Shown piece after piece: positions 1 through 11,422 of a DNA stretch of 64,000 nt. This DNA comes from Candidatus Latescibacterota bacterium (GTDB lineage Bacteria; Latescibacterota; UBA2968; GCA-2709665). Both the position numbers and the translations under genes were made by a program. The stretch covers positions 96,001-160,000 of the forward strand of contig CAXXXF010000004.1 in the NCBI GenBank assembly GCA_963667175.2. The letters are read 5' to 3'. Every line of letters begins with the position of its first letter. Within the stretch, counting starts at the first letter, position 1. The notes beneath the pieces were generated by a model. The model was not told the DNA's origin. It worked only from the letters and a program-made list of their open reading frames with translations, and made no database searches.

Positions 1-1935
1 AGCGAAGATCGGGGCGAACTCGCGCCCGTTCTTCCACCACACTCGTTAAATATCATTCTCGCCGGTGCTGTGTTGATGGATTTGGCCCTCGAAAACCGCA
101 TCGACACCGATCTCGATCATCTCTTTTTGGTTGATGCTGCGCCTCTTGAAGAAGATCTGCTTGACCCCACCCTGGCCGACATCGCGCGCGATACGGGCAC
201 ACGAGACGCCAGCTATTGGGTCGCACAAACGGCCAAACGGGGCGACGAAATCCGCGATAGGGCATTTGCGCGGTTGGTCAATCGCGGCATCTTCAAAATT
301 GAATCGGAAGGAGTTTTCTTCCTTTCGCCCCGGGTGTCGCGCTCTCGCCGCTATCCAACCATCGATGGACAGACCGTGGAAGAGGTCCAGCTGCGCATAA
401 TGCGCGTACTTTTCTCCGATGAAATTCCTGACCCGCACGATATTGTTATTATCTGTCTGGCAGATGCCTGCGGCGTCTTTAAGGTTATTCTGTCCAAGTC
501 GGAGCTCGCTGAGGTGCAGGATCGGATCGAACTGATTCGAAAAATGGACCTGATCGGACAATCGGTCACCAGGGCGATCCGCGAGTTTGAGATTCCTGCC
601 CCGATTCCGCTCCCGCGCAAAGATATACCACATGCGCCGGGATTGCGTTTTATTGGCAACACCATCGGGATGTTGCGCAATCTACGCTCTTTTCTCGTCG
701 AGCAATACCGCAACTTGGGACCACTTTTTCGCATCCAGGCATTCAATCGCCGCTTCATCGTCCTCGCAGGGCCAGAGGCGAATGCCTTCGCGAAGCAGGG
801 AAGCGTGTATTTTCGCACGCTTGAGACCTGGGTGGATTACAATAGAGCGGTGGGCGCCGGGCGCCTCGTGGCCAGCATGGATGGTCCTGAGCATGTTCGC
901 CTGCGTAAGGAGGTGAGTTTTGGCTATTCGCACAACTTGATGGAAGGGCGCGTGGATGAAGCCATCCGCGTGATTCGGAGGGAGGTCGCCGGATGGCCGC
1001 AGAACAAGCCGCTGCCGGGGCTGCCCGTCTGGCAGCACATCGTTGTGGAGCAACTCGGTGTGCTGTCCACCAGCATGTCGTTGCGGGAGTACATGGCGGA
1101 CATCATCATTTTCACGGAGAACATGCTCGCAACACACGTCGCCCGGATACAGCCCAGGTTGATGCTGTATCGGCCGCACGTCAAGCGCGCCATTAAGCGG
1201 ATGGATGAGCTGTCTCAGCGCATTGTGGTGGCGCACGAGCCGGAAAAACGTCTCGATAAGCCAACGGACGCGGTCGATCATCTGATGGAGTTGCACCGCA
1301 GAGATCCACGGTTTATGCCCGCGACCGACCTGCATGAACAGGTGCTGGGCCCCTTCGTGGCAGGTATCGATACTGCGGCAGCTGTCTGTTCCTTCATGTT
1401 CTACGAGTTGTTGCGGCAACCTGATCTGCGCGCCCAGGTTATTGCCGAGGCAGATGCTCTGTTTGCCGGGGGGATCCCCACGATGGGGGCTTTGCGCGAA
1501 CTCGACGTCATCCACCGAGCCGCGATGGAGACGATGCGTCTCCATCCTTTGAGTCCTGCACTAACTCCACGAAGGGTATGCAATCCCTTCGAGTTCGCGG
1601 GCTATCAGATTCCAGCCGGCGAGGAGGTTCTGCTTGCGTACACGATGCCGCTCCTGATGCCGGAGTATTTTCCCGATCCGCAACGCTTCGACATTGACCG
1701 GTACACGCCAGAACGCGCAGAGCATCGCCAGGCGGGGGTATACGTTCCCTTCGGCGTCGGGACTCATAGTTGCCTGGGTGGCCGTCTCGCCGAGGCGCTC
1801 ATCGCGCTCAACATGGCGATTATCTTTCGCGAAGCCGAGTTTTCTCTCGATCCGCCCGATTGCAAATTGAAGACCAGGCAAAAGCTGACCCTGCAACCGT
1901 CGTTCAAGTTTCGCGTGACGGGTCGGCGGCAATAG
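1..1935 (+). CDS. GPP34/GOLPH3-like domain fused to cytochrome P450 (5' end outside window)
   Basis: Frame is open from base 1 (SEDRGELAPV...LAGAVLMDLALENRIDTD...RRYP, GPP34-like). C-terminal P450 motifs: AGIDT (I-helix), ETMR (ExxR), PFGVGTHSCLG (heme Cys). Confidence 0.88.
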   Translation, partial: SEDRGELAPVLPPHSLNIILAGAVLMDLALENRIDTDLDHLFLVDAAPLEEDLLDPTLADIARDTGTRDASYWVAQTAKRGDEIRDRAFARLVNRGIFKIESEGVFFLSPRVSRSRRYPTIDGQTVEEVQLRIMRVLFSDEIPDPHDIVIICLADACGVFKVILSKSELAEVQDRIELIRKMDLIGQSVTRAIREFEIPAPIPLPRKDIPHAPGLRFIGNTIGMLRNLRSFLVEQYRNLGPLFRIQAFNRRFIVLAGPEANAFAKQGSVYFRTLETWVDYNRAVGAGRLVASMDGPEHVRLRKEVSFGYSHNLMEGRVDEAIRVIRREVAGWPQNKPLPGLPVWQHIVVEQLGVLSTSMSLREYMADIIIFTENMLATHVARIQPRLMLYRPHVKRAIKRMDELSQRIVVAHEPEKRLDKPTDAVDHLMELHRRDPRFMPATDLHEQVLGPFVAGIDTAAAVCSFMFYELLRQPDLRAQVIAEADALFAGGIPTMGALRELDVIHRAAMETMRLHPLSPALTPRRVCNPFEFAGYQIPAGEEVLLAYTMPLLMPEYFPDPQRFDIDRYTPERAEHRQAGVYVPFGVGTHSCLGGRLAEALIALNMAIIFREAEFSLDPPDCKLKTRQKLTLQPSFKFRVTGRRQ

Positions 1936-1984
1936 CAGATGATTCCAGATGGCCTTTGCAGGTTCTGAGGGCGGAGATGAAAAT

Positions 1985-2227
1985 TCAGCCCCGTGCAATG
2001 ATCGCTTCGTTGATGGCCTCGACAACCTGGCCTACAAATCCTCCATCCTTTGAGGTTAAAACATCAATCTCTCCACCCGCCGTTCCGAAGAGAAGCACAT
2101 AGTCATGGTGCATGAGAGGAATATAGATACCCCTGTACGCAAGAAAGCCAAAGACCGCCATGCCGGTGAGCGCGCCAACAGTTTCCCCCAAGAGTGCAAC
2201 CACGACAAGCATGGCAACTAAGGCCAA
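1985..2227 (-). pseudogene. DUF6232-like membrane protein, C-terminal remnant
   Basis: Hydrophobic stretch followed by YVLLFGTAGGEIDVLTSKD...VVEAINEAIIARG, typical of the DUF6232 C-terminus. No proper N-terminus is evident. Confidence 0.5.
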
Positions 2228-2300
2228 AATAGCGGTACCAATATCGTCTTCAAGTTAACCGTTTTCAAGGCCCTGCACAACCACAAACAGTGCTGAATGC

Positions 2301-2344
2301 CGCAACCATCGTTCAAGTTCCGCCTGACGAGTCGTCGTCAATAG
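2301..2344 (+). repeat. Degenerate copy of the P450 gene 3' end (1892-1935)
   Basis: cgcaaccatcgttcaagttccgcctgacgagtcgtcgtcaatag vs tgcaaccgtcgttcaagtttcgcgtgacgggtcggcggcaatag (QPSFKFRLTSRRQ* vs QPSFKFRVTGRRQ*). Confidence 0.8.
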
Positions 2345-2361
2345 CATAATTGTGTGTCAAA

Positions 2362-3573
2362 ATGCCTCCTACGACACCACAAAGCAAACTTCCTCGCTAT
2401 CATTCGCTGGACCGCCTGCGAGCAATCATGATGCTTCTGGGCTTGGTCCTGCACTCCGCGATCAACTACTTCCCCTTTCCAGACATTTATCTCGACCAAA
2501 TTTACCTGGATGCAAAGTCAAGTCCCTTTTTTGACTACCTGGTCAAGTTCATCCACAGTTTCAGGATGCCGGTCTTCTTTGTGATGGCCGGTTTTTTTGC
2601 GGCCTTTCTGTTCGATACCCGTGGGACAATGGGTTTTTTGCGCCACCGCTGGCAGCGCGTAGGCGTCCCACTCATCGGCGCCTGGATCGTCGTCTATCCG
2701 GTGACGGCCGCTTGCTCGATCTATGCAAATTCCCTGAGCACGGGCCCAACGCTCAGCGCACTGGCCACCGGAACCGTATCGCTTGAGCATGTGTTATCAA
2801 CCATCCTACTCCATCTTTGGTTTTTGTACTATCTCCTGATCTTCTGCGTCATCGCCGTTCTCATCGTGCCTCTGCTGCTGCGTCTTCCGGCGCGCGATCG
2901 CATACTGGACGCCTTTCAACATGCGACACCGCGCATCTATGGGCAAATTCCATGGGTCGCATTCACTGGCTTGGCGCTCTATCCGATGGAGCACTGGACG
3001 TTCGACCATGGCGCGTCTCTGATTCCGAACCCGCATCATCTCACGGCGTATGGGATATTTTTCGTCTATGGCTGGCTCGTCTATGAACGGCGAGCGATCA
3101 TTACGGGTTTCAAGCCACGCGCCTGGGGATATTTTGTCGCTGGACTCGGTTTTCACGGGTTGTATCTGTTCTTCTGGCATCAAGGGTATGGGGACGCGAC
3201 CGCCGTGCGTGCGCATGTCCTGGCGATGGCTTGCATCGCTTTGTCGATATGGTGTTTGATATATGGGTTCATCGGTTTATTCCTGCGTTATATGGAAAGG
3301 CCGAGCCCCTGCTGGCGCTACACCTCTGACGCTTCGTACTGGATATACATCATCCATTTGCCAATAACCATCGTATTGCCACCGCTTTTCGCAAACTTTC
3401 CCCTTCCGTCCGGCGTCAAATTCAGTCTCGTGCTCCTGGCCACAACGGCAATCACGCTGGTAACCTACCATTACTTGGTGCGTGGGACCTTTATCGGCGA
3501 AAGGCTCAACGGTCGGCGCTATCCGAGGGTCGCGCCGTGGCGAGAAGCCGCTACCACTGGGAGAGCATCATGA
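2362..3573 (+). CDS. Acyltransferase family 3 (OpgC/MdoC-like membrane acyltransferase)
   Basis: RYHSLDRLRAIMMLLGLVLH, FRMPVFF, HLWFLYYL and SYWIYIIH motifs; multiple TM segments. Confidence 0.88.
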   Translation: MPPTTPQSKLPRYHSLDRLRAIMMLLGLVLHSAINYFPFPDIYLDQIYLDAKSSPFFDYLVKFIHSFRMPVFFVMAGFFAAFLFDTRGTMGFLRHRWQRVGVPLIGAWIVVYPVTAACSIYANSLSTGPTLSALATGTVSLEHVLSTILLHLWFLYYLLIFCVIAVLIVPLLLRLPARDRILDAFQHATPRIYGQIPWVAFTGLALYPMEHWTFDHGASLIPNPHHLTAYGIFFVYGWLVYERRAIITGFKPRAWGYFVAGLGFHGLYLFFWHQGYGDATAVRAHVLAMACIALSIWCLIYGFIGLFLRYMERPSPCWRYTSDASYWIYIIHLPITIVLPPLFANFPLPSGVKFSLVLLATTAITLVTYHYLVRGTFIGERLNGRRYPRVAPWREAATTGRAS

Positions 3574-4853
3574 AGAGATGGAAGTTTCTGCTTGTCACAA
3601 TGGGGGCGCCGGGCGGGGATGTGAATCCGGTCATCGGACTCGCTCTGGAATTGGTCCGAAGAGGACATGGAATCACCATCGCCTCGAACGGTTCCCACCG
3701 GGAGAAAATACAACGCCTGGGGCTGGACTATCTCTGCCTTCGTCCTTCAATGGACCAGAATCAGTTGCAAACATGGATGGCGCGCGCGATCCAATCCAGT
3801 ATAGAGGGAAACAGATATATGGTGCGGGACCTGGTGCTCCCTCACGTAGAATGGAATTACCATGAGCTTGAAAAAGCCGTCCCTGATTACGACGTGTTGC
3901 TCTGCCACACATTAGCTTATTCTGTACCCCTTGTTGCGAAAAAACTGGGAAAGCCCTGGGTGTCGTTTGTCATATCGCCGTTAGTCTACCATGCCGAATA
4001 CGGACGCCGCCGGATTATCGGCAGGGGAGCCTCGCGGGATTTCTTGTGGCGGATTCCCCTCCCGGCTTTCGTAGCGAAGGCAATCGGATCGCTGGGAAAG
4101 AAGATCGTCGATCCCTGGGTAGCGCCTCTAAAGAAGCTTCGGGAATCACTGGACCTGCCGGACCTGGGAGACGTTCATATTCTGGAGGAAAGCCAAAACT
4201 CTCCTTATTTGAATCTTGCGTTCTTTTCCGGTCTCTTTGCCCCCGCAAGAGAGGGCTGGCCCCAACCCATGTGCCAGACTGGCTTTGTATTTCACCAGCA
4301 GGAAGGGGAATCCCTGTCGAGAGAAACTCGAGAATTCCTCGACAAAGGGGATCCGCCTCTGTTATTCTCACTCGGGACCTCTGGAAGCGGCACCGAGGGG
4401 CGGCGATTCTGCGAAGTCGCAGCAGAAGCCTCTTTGCTTATGGACAAGAGGGCCATCCTCGTCACAGGAGGCAATACCGAAATTGTCCAGCACATACCAC
4501 GGGACGATCGTTTGCTTCCCATCGCTTACGAGCCTTTTTCTCAATTAGTCCCTCAGGTCAGGACACTCGTACATATTGGGGGAGTAGGCACCATTGCCTA
4601 CGGTCTGCACGGAGGCAAACCCCAGGTGTTGGTTCCCTTTACTTACGAACAATGCGACAATGCCCTGCGGTTGCAGGATTTAGGCGTCTCGACGACAATA
4701 CCGATAGCCAGGCTCAACAGCTCGATACTCTGTCGCAAGATCGATCAGGTGGAGGAAAGTGCCTACCGAGAACGCGCGTTGGATATTCAGAGACAGATAG
4801 AAAGGGAAAACGGTGTGGAAGTAGCGGCAGATCAACTGGAGGCTTTACTCTAA
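3570..4853 (+). CDS. Family 1 glycosyltransferase (RhlB/sterol glucosyltransferase-like)
   Basis: GAPGGDVNP N-terminal motif, HIGGVGT...PQVLVPFTYEQCDNA UDP-sugar signature; ATGA overlap with the acyltransferase stop. Confidence 0.88.
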   Translation: MKRWKFLLVTMGAPGGDVNPVIGLALELVRRGHGITIASNGSHREKIQRLGLDYLCLRPSMDQNQLQTWMARAIQSSIEGNRYMVRDLVLPHVEWNYHELEKAVPDYDVLLCHTLAYSVPLVAKKLGKPWVSFVISPLVYHAEYGRRRIIGRGASRDFLWRIPLPAFVAKAIGSLGKKIVDPWVAPLKKLRESLDLPDLGDVHILEESQNSPYLNLAFFSGLFAPAREGWPQPMCQTGFVFHQQEGESLSRETREFLDKGDPPLLFSLGTSGSGTEGRRFCEVAAEASLLMDKRAILVTGGNTEIVQHIPRDDRLLPIAYEPFSQLVPQVRTLVHIGGVGTIAYGLHGGKPQVLVPFTYEQCDNALRLQDLGVSTTIPIARLNSSILCRKIDQVEESAYRERALDIQRQIERENGVEVAADQLEALL

Positions 4854-5001
4854 ACGACCTTTCAGCTCTGAACCCTCGCGTTCACCATCACCTCAATCAC
4901 TGCCGGATGTGCCGTAAGGCGCACGTCCATCGGTAGCGCCGTCGGGCTTTCCGTCGATATTGGATGCCCGTATTCCCACCTCGCGCTTCCGCTGATTCCA
5001 G

Positions 5002-5116
5002 GCCTCTTGAAGACGACCTGCTCAGTCCCACCCTGGCCGCGACGTCGCGCGATACGCACACGCGAAACACCAACTGTTGGCTCGCGCAATCGGCCAAACG
5101 GGCCGACGAAAACCGC
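5002..5116 (+). pseudogene. Degenerate fragment of a GPP34-P450 paralog 5' region
   Basis: gcctcttgaagacgacctgctcagtcccaccctggccg...cggccaaacgggccgacgaaaaccgc aligns with 141-255, with indels. Confidence 0.7.
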
Positions 5117-5313
5117 TTATATAGAATATTATGATGCGTCGAATTTTATCAATGAAATTTACATTGAAATAGTCCAGGTTTTCAGGTTTTCCTGCCATCG
5201 GCCTTATTCCTTCGCATCCTGTCAATCCATGTCAGTTACGGTTTTGTGTATTTTTCAGGATATTTGCATCAATTTTGGCAGAAGTCACGCCTTAAATTTC
5301 CGAGGGAAAGTGC

Positions 5314-6453
5314 ATGGATATCCAAACCCGTCTCGTTCACGCCGGCGAGGACCACGTCGAGGGCGCCGTGGTGCTGCCGATCTTCCAGAGCTCGACCTTC
5401 GTCTCGCAAGGCGAGCAGGATTACGATGACATCCGCTATCTCCGCCTGAACAACACACCCAATCACCGCGCATTGCATGCCAAGCTGGCCGCTGCCTGCG
5501 GCGGTGAGGACGCCCTCGTCACCGGCTCCGGGATGGCCGCGATCACGACCGCGCTGATCGCCTTGCTCGACAACGGTGATCATTTGCTGATCCAGGACTG
5601 TCTCTACGGGGGCACGCACAGCTTCGTGACGCAGGATGCGCCGCGCCTGGGGATGGATTTCGACTTTATCGCCGGCAACGCGCCGGAGACGTGGGCGGAC
5701 AAGCTTCGTCCGGAGACCCGGGCGATTTACGTGGAGACCATGACCAACCCGCTATTGGAGATCGCCGATCTGGAGGCGGTCGTGGAATTCGCCCGGGAAT
5801 ACGGGCTGGTCTCCATGATCGACAATACGTTTGCCTCCCCGTGCAACTTCCGCCCGCTGGAAATCGGGTTCGATATCGAGCTGCACAGCGCGACCAAGTA
5901 CCTGAACGGTCACTCGGACCTCGTCGCGGGCGCAATCGCAGCGTCCTCGGCGCACGTTACGGCCATCAGGCACAAACTGAATCATCTGGGCGGTTCGCTG
6001 GACACGCACGCCTGCTTTCTGCTGCAGCGGGGCTTGAAGACACTGGCGCTCAGAATGCGCCAGCACGATGAGAACGGCCTTCGGCTGGCGCGCTTTTTGG
6101 CTGCGCAGGCGCAGGTGATCCGGGTGAATTATCCGGGGCTGGAGAGCCATCCGCAATACGAGCGGGCACAGCGGTTGTTTAGCGGGGCGGGCGGGGTGTT
6201 GAGCTTTGAACTGCGTGGAGGCGTGGCGTCGGCCGAGCGATTGCTGTCCAGGCTGACACTGCCGACAACGGCCCCGAGTCTCGGTGGCGTTGAAACCCTC
6301 ATTACGCGTCCTGCCGCCACCTCGCACAGCGGCATGAACCCGCAAGATCGAATGGAATTGGGCATAACCGATGGCCTGGTCCGGGTGGCCTGCGGCATCG
6401 AGGCCGCCGAGGATCTGTGCGCGGACTTCGCGAAGGCGTTCGCCGGAATGTAG
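5314..6453 (+). CDS. PLP-dependent transsulfuration enzyme (cystathionine gamma-synthase/lyase, methionine gamma-lyase family)
   Basis: [29 protein letters not shown] (PLP lysine), SLGGVETL. Confidence 0.93.
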   Translation: MDIQTRLVHAGEDHVEGAVVLPIFQSSTFVSQGEQDYDDIRYLRLNNTPNHRALHAKLAAACGGEDALVTGSGMAAITTALIALLDNGDHLLIQDCLYGGTHSFVTQDAPRLGMDFDFIAGNAPETWADKLRPETRAIYVETMTNPLLEIADLEAVVEFAREYGLVSMIDNTFASPCNFRPLEIGFDIELHSATKYLNGHSDLVAGAIAASSAHVTAIRHKLNHLGGSLDTHACFLLQRGLKTLALRMRQHDENGLRLARFLAAQAQVIRVNYPGLESHPQYERAQRLFSGAGGVLSFELRGGVASAERLLSRLTLPTTAPSLGGVETLITRPAATSHSGMNPQDRMELGITDGLVRVACGIEAAEDLCADFAKAFAGM

Positions 6454-6543
6454 GATCAGTGCAATGTGTAGTCGGCAGATTGGGGGAAGATACCGGTACA
6501 GCGCAGTGCGCCGTCGCGTTAGCCAGATTCCCCTTGCCTGTGA

Positions 6544-8778
<2,235 letters not shown>

Positions 8779-8832
8779 TCGCGGCGGGCGCACCCACGCG
8801 CCGCCGAAACAGTAGTCGAAAAAGGGACCACG

Positions 8833-9306
8833 ATGGCAATTACACTTGAGGCAGGCGATGCCGCCCCGGATTTTGCGCTCCCGGACCAGGACGGAACCAT
8901 CCATTCGCTGGCCGGATACCGGGGCCGGACGGTCGTCCTCTACTTCTATCCGCGCGATAACACGCCGGGTTGTACGATTCAGGCCTGCTCTCTTCGGGAT
9001 CGTCACGCCGAAATCCTGGCCGAGGGCGCAGTTGTACTCGGCGTTTCGAGAGACGATGCCGATTCACACCGGGATTTCCGTGAACGCCAGCGTCTGCCGT
9101 TTCCCCTGCTGGTAGACGACGAAGCCGCCGTCGCCACACGCTTTGGCGCCTGGGGTGAAAGAGCCCTCTACGGCCGCCGGTTCGAAGGAATGACGCGGTC
9201 GACGTTCATCATCGGCCCGGATGGCATCCTGACCAGAGTCTGGAAACGTGCCCGGGCCGCCGGACATGGCGCGGCGGTGCTGAAGGCGCTGCGCGAGTCC
9301 GCCTAG
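8833..9306 (+). CDS. bcp: Peroxiredoxin BCP/PrxQ
   Basis: YFYPRDNTPGCTIQAC motif, RSTFII. Confidence 0.92.
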   Translation: MAITLEAGDAAPDFALPDQDGTIHSLAGYRGRTVVLYFYPRDNTPGCTIQACSLRDRHAEILAEGAVVLGVSRDDADSHRDFRERQRLPFPLLVDDEAAVATRFGAWGERALYGRRFEGMTRSTFIIGPDGILTRVWKRARAAGHGAAVLKALRESA

Positions 9307-9396
9307 ACGCGAACTGAATTAGGGGTTGGGTGTCACGCAAACTTGACGACTGAATCGGGTTACTCCCATCGTGGGTGACAACCTCTGGAGGCCAGG

Positions 9397-9855
9397 GTGA
9401 TCAATCCTGCTGTTCAGGCGCAGATGCTCGTCCGGCGTCCGCGAGACGAAGTCTTCAACGCGTTCATCGATCCATGCATCACCACCCGATTCTGGTTCAC
9501 CAGGAGCAGCGGCCGGCTGGCGCCGGGCGCAAAGGTCACATGGGAATGGGAGATGTACGGCGTCTCCGCGGACGTCCAGGTGAAGGCGATCGAGCCGCCT
9601 GCCAGAATTCTCATCGAATGGGACGAGCCATCGACGACCGTCGAGTGGCAGTTCACTTCTCTGGGAGCGGAAGCGACCCTCGTTCAGATCACAAACACCG
9701 GATTCCAGGGGACCGAAGAGGAGATCGTTGGCATGGCACTCGACTCCATGGGCGGCTTCTCTCTCGTTCTCGCAGCGCTCAAGGCATGGTTGGAACACGG
9801 AATCGCCCTGGAACTGGTGGCCGATCGCAATCCGGAAGCCCACGTTTCTCATTAA
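9397..9855 (+). CDS. SRPBCC/AHSA1 family protein
   Basis: EVFNAFIDP..TTRFWFTRSSGRL, LAALKAWLEHGIAL; RBS ggagg before GTG. Confidence 0.85.
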   Translation: MINPAVQAQMLVRRPRDEVFNAFIDPCITTRFWFTRSSGRLAPGAKVTWEWEMYGVSADVQVKAIEPPARILIEWDEPSTTVEWQFTSLGAEATLVQITNTGFQGTEEEIVGMALDSMGGFSLVLAALKAWLEHGIALELVADRNPEAHVSH

Positions 9856-9994
9856 CCGTACGACTTCGCCTCCCAGCGATCTTTCCGAATTAATGCCTCA
9901 CCATCCGGCCTCCAATTCATCCGGTCTCGCTGTGTTGTCATCACGGAAGAAGACGCGAATGCGACGCCCTCAATCTGCCAGCGAGGAGAACGCA

Positions 9995-11263
9995 ATGATG
10001 AGGCTCTCGCAGCGTTTGGTTTCTCACGTGAACCCTCCCCGTACGATGATTGCGGGGTTGCTGCTGGCGACCCTTGGCATGGCCTGTGTGGAGGGGCGGC
10101 ATGCCCCCGAGACGCATGACGGCGAGAGGGCGCCACGCCCGGCGCCAGCGCAGGAAAATGGCCACGCGGACCCCGGAATTTCCGACGACCATGTCCTTTT
10201 TGGTCAATCCGCCGCGTTCACCGGGCCTGCCCGGGAATTGGGCAAAGCGATGCGCCTGGGCATTGAGGCGGCTTTCCACGAGGCCAATCGGGAAGGAGGC
10301 GTCCATGGCCGCGAACTGAAGCTCAGGGCGTTGGATGACGGCTATGAAACCGAATTTGCCGCTTCCAACACGCAACAGTTGATTGAGAATGAAAGGGTAT
10401 TCGCGCTGATCGGAGCGGTGGGCACACCCACGTCCCGCGCTGCATCACCGCTGGCGCAGGCTGCCGGGGTGCCCTTCCTGGCGCCGTTCACGGGGGCCGA
10501 GTTCTTGCGCGACCGGGAGTTGGCCAATGTGCTCAATGTCCGGGCATCGTATTACCAGGAAACCGAGGAGATGGTGGCGCGGCTTACCGAGGATTTGGGG
10601 ATCACCCGCATTGCCGTCCTCTATCAGGATGATTCCTTCGGCTTGAACGGCCTGGAGGGCACGCGATTGGCGCTCGAGCGCCGGGGCATGGCGCCGGTAG
10701 CGGCCTCGCACTACCCGCGCAATACCCGTGCCGTGAAGGGCGCCGCGCTCAAAATCACCGCGGCCAATCCGGAAGCGGTGATCATGATTGGCTCCTACAG
10801 GCCGGTGGTTAAGACCATAGAGTTGGTGCGGCGGGAGCTGGACCCGGTATTCATGACGGTCTCCTTCGTGGGGAGCAACGCATTGGCGAACGAGTTGGGA
10901 CCCGGCGGGGCCGGTGTGTACGTTACACAGGTCGTTCCTCTCCCGTATGATGAAAACATTCCCCTGGTGGCTCGATACCACAGCGCCCTCTCCGGGTACG
11001 ACCCCCAGGCGAAACCCGGGTTCGTTTCGTTGGAAGGTTATCTGGCCGGACGCCTGGCCGTCGCCGGCCTTGAAGCCTGCAAACCCGACCTGAGTCGAGA
11101 GTGCCTTCTCCACGCGGTGCGCAATGCCGGCGCCATAGAAATCGACGGCATACAGCTCAAATACGGACCGGGCGATAACCAGGGATCCGACGCCGTGTTC
11201 CTGACCGTGATTGGCACGGACGGCAGGTACCACGGGGTCGAAAAACTGAGAGCCCCGTACTGA
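9995..11263 (+). CDS. Branched-chain amino acid-type ABC substrate-binding lipoprotein
   Basis: GQSAAFTGPA, GGVHGREL..DDGYE, GAVGTPT, NVRASYYQE; lipobox-like LGMAC; RBS gaggag. Confidence 0.88.
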   Translation: MMRLSQRLVSHVNPPRTMIAGLLLATLGMACVEGRHAPETHDGERAPRPAPAQENGHADPGISDDHVLFGQSAAFTGPARELGKAMRLGIEAAFHEANREGGVHGRELKLRALDDGYETEFAASNTQQLIENERVFALIGAVGTPTSRAASPLAQAAGVPFLAPFTGAEFLRDRELANVLNVRASYYQETEEMVARLTEDLGITRIAVLYQDDSFGLNGLEGTRLALERRGMAPVAASHYPRNTRAVKGAALKITAANPEAVIMIGSYRPVVKTIELVRRELDPVFMTVSFVGSNALANELGPGGAGVYVTQVVPLPYDENIPLVARYHSALSGYDPQAKPGFVSLEGYLAGRLAVAGLEACKPDLSRECLLHAVRNAGAIEIDGIQLKYGPGDNQGSDAVFLTVIGTDGRYHGVEKLRAPY

Positions 11264-11385
11264 CAGCCCGTTGAAAAAGTCCATCCGGGCTGCCTGCCTG
11301 TGCGTGTCCGCACGCAGACAGGCGCGTCTTGTCTTCGGCCACAATGACTCGGCCTCGCCTGCAGAGCGACTTTTCCAACGGACTG
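11264..11385. mobile_element. MITE-like element with 18-bp terminal inverted repeats
   Basis: cagcccgttgaaaaagtc (11264-11281) and gacttttccaacggactg (11368-11385) are inverted repeats with 2 mismatches; no ORF inside. Confidence 0.65.
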
Positions 11386-11422
11386 CTAAAGCCCCCAAAC
11401 GGCGCCTGCGGAGAACCTCAAG

